Virus record (IMG/VR): IMGVR_UViG_3300044467_000006
Coordinates: 1-21,149 of that record
Source of the DNA: a virus
DNA: 21,149 nucleotides
Reading direction: 5' to 3' (one strand)
Numbering within the stretch: position 1 is the first letter of the stretch; each line of letters begins with the position of its first letter. A program made the position numbers and the translations under genes. Shown one piece after another: positions 8,067-15,057 of the stretch. Under the pieces are notes generated by a model. The model saw nothing but the letters and a program-made list of their open reading frames with translations. It ran no database searches and was not told the DNA's origin.

Positions 8067-8246
8067 ATGCACGACATTCGGTGGAACGCTCTGTGGCTGT
8101 TGTCTTATCGCAAAATCAGAAGCGTGAAGAATCATTCCGAGTGCCAAATCCGAGACTGGATCCGACAGAAGGAAGAAACTTACTGGATCCGACAGAAGGA
8201 AAAAACCTACTGGTATACCCTTCTGGTACATGACCGGGGAGTTTGA
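8067..8246 (+). CDS. small hypothetical protein with WIRQKE.TY repeat (start uncertain)
   Basis: ORF after SD GGAGG; contains an in-frame 27-bp duplication. Confidence 0.4.
   Translation: MHDIRWNALWLLSYRKIRSVKNHSECQIRDWIRQKEETYWIRQKEKTYWYTLLVHDRGV
8155..8213. repeat. 27-bp tandem repeat, ~2.2 copies
   Basis: ACTGGATCCGACAGAAGGAAGAAACTT / ACTGGATCCGACAGAAGGAAAAAACCT / ACTGG. Confidence 0.9.
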
Positions 8247-8271
8247 CATTCAAATCGGCTTGATATAGGAT
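8243..8271 (+). promoter_or_regulatory. sigma70-type promoter
   Basis: TTGACA-N17-TAGGAT, ATG 6 nt after the -10. Confidence 0.75.
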
Positions 8272-8277
8272 ACTCGC

Positions 8278-8466
8278 ATGGCTAAGAACATCCGAAGACT
8301 CTGTCAATTTGCTATGGCTTACCCAGAAGAGCGCTGCCTCAAGTGGGCCAACTGGTCAGCGACTGAGCATCTCGGTGCGGAGGGGCTTTGTAATTACGTC
8401 TGCGATACCCACCGACAGCACTACAAGAAGACCTACCCTTTGAGGATCGGGAATAACAATGGCTAA
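8278..8466 (+). CDS. hypothetical protein (Cys/His-containing)
   Basis: ORF directly after the promoter; overlaps the next start. Confidence 0.6.
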   Translation: MAKNIRRLCQFAMAYPEERCLKWANWSATEHLGAEGLCNYVCDTHRQHYKKTYPLRIGNNNG

Positions 8467-8650
8467 AAAGCCCGAGATCGTCCACATGATGAAGTGGGGG
8501 CCGACAACGGAGTGCGGTAAGGTCTTCTACCGCCCCAACCCCAACCGGATTCTGTACCCCACGCTCCTTAGCTCGACAGCAGGCGTCACATGCAAAACCT
8601 GTCTCCGAGCAATGGAGAAAACTATGGTCGAGAGGGCCAAGTCCGAGTAA
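8459..8650 (+). CDS. small Zn-finger-like hypothetical protein
   Basis: H...CG...VTCKTC motif. Confidence 0.6.
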   Translation: MAKKPEIVHMMKWGPTTECGKVFYRPNPNRILYPTLLSSTAGVTCKTCLRAMEKTMVERAKSE

Positions 8651-8670
8651 CTCACCCAAGAAGGAGAACC

Positions 8671-8937
8671 ATGGCTAAGAACAAGCGCATTCACGCCGTC
8701 TGGCGGAACATCGACGAGTCCAACGAGCAGGTTGTCGTCAAGGACGTTGGTAACATCTTCACCTACGGGATGACCGCCAAGGACGTTCTGACGTGGATGA
8801 AGAACCGCAACGTCACCCATGTCGATTGGCAGGATTCCAACTCTGTTGGCAAGGACATGCCGGGCGGCATGAAGAACGGCATGCACACCATCGGGGAGAT
8901 TGCGGCATTCCTGAACGTGCGTAAATCTAAGAGGTAA
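8671..8937 (+). CDS. hypothetical protein
   Basis: SD AAGGAG; strong GC3 codon bias. Confidence 0.7.
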   Translation: MAKNKRIHAVWRNIDESNEQVVVKDVGNIFTYGMTAKDVLTWMKNRNVTHVDWQDSNSVGKDMPGGMKNGMHTIGEIAAFLNVRKSKR

Positions 8938-8939
8938 GT

Positions 8940-9173
8940 ATGGCTGAGAAAAGGCACAAGCGCCCCAGAATCAACGGCACCGCCGAGGAGCGGGCTTGGT
9001 ACCGTGGCTACACATGGGCCATAAAGAACGGCTACGACGAGAACACCAAGGTCGCGCTTGGGGCTGATCTTGGCGATGCCCTGTCTGAATCCATCCGAGA
9101 CTGCCGCATGATTGCCATGGCTTACGCAATGGGGTACAAGAACGGGAGGAAGAGTCGTGCCCGAACTCACTGA
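8940..9173 (+). CDS. hypothetical protein
   Basis: SD GAGGT; tight packing. Confidence 0.65.
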   Translation: MAEKRHKRPRINGTAEERAWYRGYTWAIKNGYDENTKVALGADLGDALSESIRDCRMIAMAYAMGYKNGRKSRARTH

Positions 9174-9342
9174 GGCTCAGCTTTACGATCTCGGCAACAC
9201 CCACAGCGGCTCCTTTAATGGCCACGTATGGAGCGCCTTCATCAAGACCTACATGCAGGACACGAAGCGCCTAAAGAAGCGTATCGACCGACTGCAAGCC
9301 AAGGTCAGAAAGTTGGAACGGAGGAAGCATGCACGACCCTAA
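9157..9342 (+). CDS. hypothetical coiled-coil protein
   Basis: GTG start after GGAGGA; C-terminal coiled coil. Confidence 0.55.
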   Translation: MPELTEAQLYDLGNTHSGSFNGHVWSAFIKTYMQDTKRLKKRIDRLQAKVRKLERRKHARP

Positions 9343-9592
9343 GCTGGATGAGTTGCTTGACGAACTCGAACTAACGTCGGCAGCGTGCGAGTACGCCAAG
9401 GACAATTCCCCTCATGTCGCACTGGTGAAGGCCCGCCAAAATCTTTACCACTACATCGGAGTCTTATCTGACGACCGAAACCGGTTGCTCCTCGCCCTAC
9501 GGGCTGCCCGACAGGCAATCTCCGAGCTTTCCGCTCTGGCTGGCAAGATTGCTAGGGATGCCTTGGCCGTGACCTCTCGCTGGGACAACTAA
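9329..9592 (+). CDS. hypothetical protein
   Basis: SD GGAGGA; TAATG coupling to the next gene. Confidence 0.65.
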   Translation: MHDPKLDELLDELELTSAACEYAKDNSPHVALVKARQNLYHYIGVLSDDRNRLLLALRAARQAISELSALAGKIARDALAVTSRWDN

Positions 9593-9855
9593 TGGACGTT
9601 GAATGCTACATCTGCGACCAGCCGTTCGACATTGAAACCAAGCTAGTCTCCCACCTGAGAAGCCACACCGAACTAGAGGGCCAGATAGCCTCCCAGAAGG
9701 CCAGAAAGGCTCGCCTTGAGGCGAATAAGGACAAGGTGGCCTACGCCGAGGAGGCTGCTCCAGAAGCGCTTAAAACGAAGCCTAAGAAGTCCAAGAAAGA
9801 GTCTCAGAAGGGTACAACTCCAGAAAGCTTGACGCCTCCAACAGAACCTGTATAA
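9592..9855 (+). CDS. C2H2 zinc-finger protein
   Basis: CYICDQPFDIETKLVSHLRSH = C-x2-C-x3-F-x5-L-x2-H-x3-H; basic tail. Confidence 0.75.
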   Translation: MDVECYICDQPFDIETKLVSHLRSHTELEGQIASQKARKARLEANKDKVAYAEEAAPEALKTKPKKSKKESQKGTTPESLTPPTEPV

Positions 9856-9856
9856 T
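9829..9856 (+). promoter_or_regulatory. sigma70-type promoter
   Basis: TTGACG-N16-TATAAT, ATG 7 nt after the -10, no SD. Confidence 0.7.
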
Positions 9857-9863
9857 CGTATCC

Positions 9864-10076
9864 ATGGCAAACACGAACGACATCAAGCTCGTCAAGCTGA
9901 GCGACGAGCCCGAGATGGAGTGCGACATGCACGGCGAAGAGAGCGGTTGCCCGGGTAGTTCATACCCTTACGGGGCTATCGGCTATAGTGGATACGTCTC
10001 TTCGTGCCATGGGCACGCAAAGGAACTGCTCAAGACAGCCATCGAGAGTGGCTGGATGGTCAAGGAGAACGAGTGA
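9864..10076 (+). CDS. hypothetical protein
   Basis: ORF directly after the promoter; Cys/His residues. Confidence 0.65.
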   Translation: MANTNDIKLVKLSDEPEMECDMHGEESGCPGSSYPYGAIGYSGYVSSCHGHAKELLKTAIESGWMVKENE

Positions 10077-10258
10077 TGGGCCACCGCTACGGCATCTTCA
10101 CCAAGAACGGCTGGTTCTACGGCTTCGACACCCAGAAGTGCTGTGGCATCTATGTCCAGAAGCGCGAGAACGCCACGGTCTTTCGTTCTAAGACCAAGGC
10201 AGAGCTTCGAATGAAGCGGGATGGAATCATTGGCGAAGTCGTTAACCTTGACAAGTAA
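10076..10258 (+). CDS. hypothetical protein
   Basis: TGATG coupling; SD AAGGAG. Confidence 0.65.
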   Translation: MGHRYGIFTKNGWFYGFDTQKCCGIYVQKRENATVFRSKTKAELRMKRDGIIGEVVNLDK

Positions 10259-10267
10259 GGAGAAACC

Positions 10268-10435
10268 ATGAGTTACGAGAACGTTCTGCTTGGGATCGCC
10301 GCCGTGTGTGCTTCCATCATCTTCGCTTCTCCAATTATTGCCTTTGGCCTGAGCCCCGGAGGGGCCATCCTCGCCATCGTCTTTGGCGTCGGCGGAATGG
10401 TGGGCATGACCATGGATAAGCTGGCTGCTCTGTAG
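10268..10435 (+). CDS. small membrane protein (55 aa, not in ORF track)
   Basis: SD AAGGAG; MSYENVLLGIAAVCASIIFASPIIAFGLSPGGAILAIVFGVGGMVGMTMDKLAAL. Confidence 0.7.
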   Translation: MSYENVLLGIAAVCASIIFASPIIAFGLSPGGAILAIVFGVGGMVGMTMDKLAAL

Positions 10436-10443
10436 AGGGCTCT

Positions 10444-10557
10444 ATGCTGACTCGATCTGGGAAGACCGCCTCTAGCCAATTCATCAACGGATTCCTCTGC
10501 GGTATCTATATAACTCTCGCCTTGATTACCATCGTGAGGTTGTGGCGCTTGACATAG
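10444..10557 (+). CDS. small membrane peptide (37 aa, not in ORF track)
   Basis: GAGGG upstream; MLTRSGKTASSQFINGFLCGIYITLALITIVRLWRLT. Confidence 0.45.
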   Translation: MLTRSGKTASSQFINGFLCGIYITLALITIVRLWRLT

Positions 10558-10577
10558 AACTCAAGATACCCTATACT
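10549..10577 (+). promoter_or_regulatory. strong sigma70-type promoter
   Basis: TTGACA-N17-TATACT upstream of the DUF932 gene. Confidence 0.8.
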
Positions 10578-10607
10578 CATCAAACCTCGAACGAAAGGAA
10601 CACCACA

Positions 10608-11657
10608 ATGCCTACTCCCTTCCAGCCTGCCGTTAACCCTGCCGACAGCCACAACCCCGCTACCGCCCTCGTCACCGACTTCACGAAGGCCAGCGACACC
10701 GGCCTCGCCCCGTGGCAGGCTGCTGGCACCAAGATCCCCAACGAGGTTCTGACCGCCGAGGACGTGCTGGAGCGCTCTGGCAACCGCTTCAAGGTCAAGA
10801 CGGTTCCGGCCTATGCCAAGGTGGGCGACGAGTTCTACATGGCCAAGGACTCCAAGATGGTGGTCCGCGAGGACAACAACACCGTGCTGGGCGTCGTGGG
10901 CAACAAGTACCGCGTCATCCAGAACGAGGACCAGCTTGGGGCCATCAGCCCGCTGGTCACGAGCGGCTTCGCCAAGTACGACACCGCCGGGCTGGTCTAC
11001 GGCGGCGAGATCGGCTGGGTCATGCTCAAGCTCAACGACGAGATCGTCCTCCCGGGCAGCAACGACTTCGTCCTCAAGTATCTCATGTGCTTGTGGTCAC
11101 ACAACGGAACGTTCAGCCTCCGCATCTTCCCGGCTCCGCTCCGCGCGTTCTGCGCCAACGTCCTCAACAGCCTCCTGTCGTCGTCTTCTGCCAAGAGCGG
11201 TATCTCTATCCGCCACACGAGCAGCGCCGACGCCCGCATCAAGGAGGCTTCTCGCATCATCGAGGCTTCGCAGGGCTTCTACAACGACTTCGCCCAGCGA
11301 GCGGCATCGCTGTCGGCCAAGCGCATGACCGACGCCCAGATGAAGGCCCTGACCGAGCACCTCTTCCCGGCCAAGGCGAACACCGATGGCGAGGTCGAGG
11401 TCAGCACTCGGTCCCAGAACATCCGTGACCAGATCATGGACCTGTTCGTCAAGGGTGCAGGCCACGAGGCTATCCGTGGCACCGCTTGGGCGGGCTATAA
11501 CGCGGTTGCCGAGTTCGCGGACCACTTCCGCACCACTCGGGTCGAGGAGGGTGGCAATGAGAAGGAGAGCCGCTTCGCTGCGACCATGTGGGGCACGGGC
11601 AACGCCCTCAAGACGAAGGCCATCAACTACATTGACAACGAGCTTCTCGCGGCGTAA
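10608..11657 (+). CDS. DUF932 domain protein (phage/plasmid-like protein, TIGR03299-type)
   Basis: Y.VIQN, TAG..GG..W, R.FCAN.L, IRHT, GTAWAGYNAVAEFADH; ATG 10608 after GAAAGGAA and downstream of the promoter. Confidence 0.88.
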   Translation: MPTPFQPAVNPADSHNPATALVTDFTKASDTGLAPWQAAGTKIPNEVLTAEDVLERSGNRFKVKTVPAYAKVGDEFYMAKDSKMVVREDNNTVLGVVGNKYRVIQNEDQLGAISPLVTSGFAKYDTAGLVYGGEIGWVMLKLNDEIVLPGSNDFVLKYLMCLWSHNGTFSLRIFPAPLRAFCANVLNSLLSSSSAKSGISIRHTSSADARIKEASRIIEASQGFYNDFAQRAASLSAKRMTDAQMKALTEHLFPAKANTDGEVEVSTRSQNIRDQIMDLFVKGAGHEAIRGTAWAGYNAVAEFADHFRTTRVEEGGNEKESRFAATMWGTGNALKTKAINYIDNELLAA

Positions 11658-11665
11658 GATACCGT

Positions 11666-11977
11666 ATGGCTAAGGAACTCTGGGAGATTTTGGTCCCAAC
11701 GATGAGGAATGACGGTCGGCCCTTCCGCTTGCGCTATCACAGAGTATGGGATGCGAAGGTTAGGGCGATTTCGGGTGGGCTGACCGTCATGCCGGTAGCT
11801 AAGGGCCAGTGGGTACATGGAGAAAAGCTCTTTACAGAGCGAATGATCCCGGTTAGAATCGTAGCAAGCAGAGCAGAGATGGACAACATCATCGACATGT
11901 CCATCAAGTATTACGACCAGATTGCAATGCTCGCGTACAAGGTTTCAGAGGAAGTCATCCTGAAGTACAGGGAGTAA
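11666..11977 (+). CDS. conserved phage hypothetical protein
   Basis: 103-aa ORF, tight packing. Confidence 0.7.
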   Translation: MAKELWEILVPTMRNDGRPFRLRYHRVWDAKVRAISGGLTVMPVAKGQWVHGEKLFTERMIPVRIVASRAEMDNIIDMSIKYYDQIAMLAYKVSEEVILKYRE

Positions 11978-11980
11978 ACC

Positions 11981-12265
11981 ATGGAAATCAAAAACATCGA
12001 AACCAAGAAGCACCTGACGATCTCGATCACCGAAGAGGAGGCAGCGGTTCTGGCTGCGGCTGCACGCAACTTCTATCAGGCTCGCGCAGCTTACGTCAGA
12101 GAGTGCCCGATGGGCACCGTGAACCTCAAGGCAAACTACGCTGTCCTGCTTAATGACATCGGGACGAATCTAACTAGGGCTATCGACCATCAGAAGAACG
12201 AGGATGTCTGGGCCTACGCAACGAGCGAACAGCCCCTTGTGAGCAGTAACGGCGATCCGATTTAA
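11981..12265 (+). CDS. hypothetical protein
   Basis: SD GGGAG. Confidence 0.65.
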   Translation: MEIKNIETKKHLTISITEEEAAVLAAAARNFYQARAAYVRECPMGTVNLKANYAVLLNDIGTNLTRAIDHQKNEDVWAYATSEQPLVSSNGDPI

Positions 12266-12270
12266 ACTTC

Positions 12271-12622
12271 AAGGGCATCCGCGTATACCCGGGTATCAGA
12301 GCTACGCCGCTTACGTAAACTACCTTCTAAACCCGGCGAGGTATCGGGTAAGTCGGCAAGTACCTAAGAGCACGGCGACTGCTAACGGCCCTGAATGGGG
12401 TAGTTGGAACCCAACGTGACCTGTCGGTGGAGGGAACCGAATGGAGCTAGGACTCTCCAAATTGCGCGGCCCCTTGCACAAGACCTAGTGTGGGTTGGGG
12501 TACCGTTCTGGAGGATTGACGAAAAATTCCTCCCGGTAACTGTTAGCCGTGTGAACACAGAGCCGTAAATTTGACGGAGCCGAGGGTGGAAAGACTCTAC
12601 ACGAAAGCCCTCACTTTCGTAG
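12271..12622 (+). ncRNA. unclassified large structured ncRNA candidate (~350 nt)
   Basis: Largest coding gap in the window; ~10 hairpins, long-range helix CACGG..CTAACGG / CTGTTAG-CCGTG, loop-loop complementarities; G-U pairs favour the + strand. Confidence 0.65.
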
Positions 12623-12631
12623 TGCTATAGT
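12623..12631 (+). promoter_or_regulatory. extended -10 promoter candidate
   Basis: TG-C-TATAGT upstream of the 12640/12769 ORF. Confidence 0.45.
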
Positions 12632-12768
12632 AGAAATGAATGACAACGTTCAGCAAGGCAGAACTTAGAATCAATGGCAAGCTAATTGGCTTGCTAAGCG
12701 AAGTGAAGTACGATGTAGAAACCCGGCGGCATGGGGCTGGCGGGCAAAAACCAAAACAGGAGAATACA

Positions 12769-13245
12769 ATGGCACAGGTTAAGGTGATTGCTGTTACCGC
12801 TGGCGAGGACTTTCTCAAGGCTCTGGAGAAGCTGCTCGGTGGCAAGATCGAGGACATCGCTTCGGGAGCCGTCGAGGCTTCGGCTGAGGCTGTTGCAGAG
12901 GACGAGGAGGAGGGCTGCTCGTGTGGCTGCGATGACTGCGCAGAGGAGAACGAGCCGTCAGTCCCGTTCGGTTCGATCCAGAGCGAGGACGAGGACGATA
13001 TCGCGTTCTACCGCACGTACAACGTCCCCAGCGCCGGGGACCTGAACGTCGTCGTCGGGCAGGATGGCGTTACCACCGAGGGCGAGCGTCATCTCGGCGT
13101 CGAGCCTGAGCATTTCACCAACCTCTTCGCTCCGCAGGGTGCGTTCGCTGAGGTCGAAGCGTTCTACGACGAGAGCGATGAGACTCTCACGGTCGTTCTC
13201 CAGAAGCTCGGTCCCGAGGAGACCGTCGAGATCGAGGGTTGGTAG
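12769..13245 (+). CDS. highly acidic protein, possible divergent HSP20/alpha-crystallin domain
   Basis: ATG after CAGGAG (alternative in-frame ATG 12640); CSCGCDDC linker; C-terminal VEAFYD..ETLTVVLQK....VEIE resembles the HSP20 A.Y..G.L.V.LPK...I.I pattern. Confidence 0.55.
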   Translation: MAQVKVIAVTAGEDFLKALEKLLGGKIEDIASGAVEASAEAVAEDEEEGCSCGCDDCAEENEPSVPFGSIQSEDEDDIAFYRTYNVPSAGDLNVVVGQDGVTTEGERHLGVEPEHFTNLFAPQGAFAEVEAFYDESDETLTVVLQKLGPEETVEIEGW

Positions 13246-13251
13246 TTAAGC

Positions 13252-13333
13252 CGGTTGCGGGTTTGCCGAGAGTGACTACCTTCAGGCGAGGCCGCAACTG
13301 ATAGACGGGGCGCGCATGTCTGGCCTAACGCGC
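13252..13333 (+). other. intergenic long hairpin plus predicted H-type pseudoknot
   Basis: CGGTTGCGG/CCGCAACTG and TTTGCC/GGCGAG stems; TAGAC/GTCTG stem with loop GCGCG pairing CGCGC. Confidence 0.45.
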
Positions 13334-13349
13334 AATTTGAAAGGGAACA

Positions 13350-13688
13350 ATGGCTAAGAACACGATGAGCAAGGGCGAGAAACCGAAGTTCGCACGCAAC
13401 CGTTTCTCAAGAGAAGACAAGGAGCGGAAGCACTCCGAGGCTGTTGCCCGTCAGGGCATCTACGACTCCCTTACAGCAGAGCAGAAGCTCGCTGCGTTGG
13501 ACCGTTGCGGCTTCGCTGCCATCAAGGAACGCATCAAGATCGTGCAGAGCGAGATTTCCAAGCAAGTGCGGCGTTCTGCGGATGTCACGCCGCCCATGGC
13601 GGATCCAGCCGACATTGCGTCGCTGGAGAAGCAGAAGAAGGGCGCGAAGGCCCGCAAGCAATCCAAGAAGGACAAGAAGGCTAGCTAA
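13350..13688 (+). CDS. Lys/Arg-rich hypothetical protein
   Basis: SD AAAGGGA; basic termini. Confidence 0.7.
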   Translation: MAKNTMSKGEKPKFARNRFSREDKERKHSEAVARQGIYDSLTAEQKLAALDRCGFAAIKERIKIVQSEISKQVRRSADVTPPMADPADIASLEKQKKGAKARKQSKKDKKAS

Positions 13689-14275
13689 TGCCTACCGGCT
13701 ATACCTGCGTCATCGATGACGATCCCGCCTGCACCTTCAAGAAGTATGCGTTGAAATGTATTCGCGCATTTGGAGCAGCGGCGCACATGAGGGAAGATTC
13801 TCTTGGCAAGGAGTACGTGCCTCGTGTGCCTAGCATTAGCTATCACGATGAGGCTCTGGAAGAACTTGAAGCTTGGAAGCTCACCGTCGAAGCCCCCGGG
13901 AAGCCGGATGAACTCAAGAAGGTCTATGAGGAGCAGTACAAATCGGCTTTCGACCGATGGCGTAAGAACGAAGAAGAGCGAGTTGAACTGAATGCTCGCT
14001 ACGACAAGATGGCTATCGAAGTTGAAGCTTGGGAGCCTCCTACCCGAGAGCACAAGGGCTTCAAGGCATTCATGTCGAGCCGGCTTAAAGATGGACGGCG
14101 CTATTCACGCGATCCCTATCCGCCTCCAGAGAAGGAGCCATTCGAGGTCTGGGTTTGGGAAGAGAAGACCCGCATTGCCCGAGACATCCAGTACCACACC
14201 GAGGAGAGGCTTAAGGAGATTGAACGCTGCAAGGAGGCCAACGCATGGGTGGAGAAGCTAATCGCAAGCCTGTAG
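13688..14275 (+). CDS. conserved phage hypothetical protein (MPTGYT N-terminus, coiled coil)
   Basis: TAATG coupling; MPTGYT...CIRAFGA..HMR and W.PPT.EH..FK.FM pattern. Confidence 0.75.
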   Translation: MPTGYTCVIDDDPACTFKKYALKCIRAFGAAAHMREDSLGKEYVPRVPSISYHDEALEELEAWKLTVEAPGKPDELKKVYEEQYKSAFDRWRKNEEERVELNARYDKMAIEVEAWEPPTREHKGFKAFMSSRLKDGRRYSRDPYPPPEKEPFEVWVWEEKTRIARDIQYHTEERLKEIERCKEANAWVEKLIASL

Positions 14276-15051
14276 TCTCCGTCGTGCTGGTGGACTTCAG
14301 CAACTACGTCTTTGCGTGCTGGTTCCCGGCGCTGTCAGCACAGAAGGCCGATCCCAAGTACGACCCCCACGAGGTTCTGAAGACGAACCTGATGGGGAAG
14401 CTCGGCACCATGCAGCGGACCATGAACGAGATCGGGATGATTGACCCCAAGATCCTCTTCGTGGAAGACCGGAAGTCGAAGCGCAAGTACGAGCTTTGGC
14501 CTTCCTACAAGGCCAACCGCCCTCCCCTTGAGCACGACCCTAGGCCCGAGGCCAAGGAGTTCCTCAAGTCTCAGGGATACACGCACTTCTCGCACTCGCC
14601 AGACAACGAGGCAGATGACGCGATTGCGTCGATGGTCCACAATGTGGGTGGAACATTCACTATTGTCATCGCTTCTTCCGACAAGGATCTTTGGCAGCTT
14701 ATTCGGCCCAACGTAGATGTCTGGTCAACGACCAAGGATTCATTCGTAACGCAGGAGATGATCTTCAAGGAGTTTGGGGTCCAGTCTCCCGTTAGCATCC
14801 CTATCGTCAAGGCCCTCTGGGGTGACAGTGGCGACAATGTTCCTAATTCCGTGCCGCGCATGCAGAAGCAGCTAGAGCCCATTGCGAATCTTTCCAATGG
14901 CGACATCAAAGAATTTTGGAAGTCCGTCAGCCATCTGAGGGGTACGTTAAGTCCTCGCTGTGTCGAGCTTCTCCAGAAGGGCGAGGCTCAAGTGAATCTC
15001 AACTGGCAGCTAGTCAAGCTTGACGAGCACTGCGAGATTGTGGCAGAGTGA
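14245..15051 (+). CDS. 5'-3' exonuclease / flap endonuclease (T4 RNase H, PolI N-terminal-like)
   Basis: LVDFSN, FVED, YKANR, EADDAIA, SSDKDL, GDSGDNVP; SD AAGGAGG 7 nt before ATG 14245. Confidence 0.9.
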   Translation: MGGEANRKPVVSVVLVDFSNYVFACWFPALSAQKADPKYDPHEVLKTNLMGKLGTMQRTMNEIGMIDPKILFVEDRKSKRKYELWPSYKANRPPLEHDPRPEAKEFLKSQGYTHFSHSPDNEADDAIASMVHNVGGTFTIVIASSDKDLWQLIRPNVDVWSTTKDSFVTQEMIFKEFGVQSPVSIPIVKALWGDSGDNVPNSVPRMQKQLEPIANLSNGDIKEFWKSVSHLRGTLSPRCVELLQKGEAQVNLNWQLVKLDEHCEIVAE

Positions 15052-15057
15052 GGAACC

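Noticed and set aside
8155-8213. Possible CRISPR mini-array
   Set aside because: Repeats are directly adjacent with no spacers
10248-10276. TTGACA promoter
   Set aside because: No -10 hexamer at 16-18 bp spacing
10542-10607. Longer N-terminus of DUF932 as in the ORF track
   Set aside because: Overlaps the promoter; ATG 10608 has the SD
12271-12622. RNase P RNA, tmRNA, group I/II intron or HEARO identity for the large RNA
   Set aside because: No GAGGAAAGUCC/P4, no tRNA-like ends with T-loop and CCA, no interrupted host gene; GAGCCGT..ACGG is too short for group II domain V; the reverse-strand CAACTACCCC resemblance to HEARO does not extend
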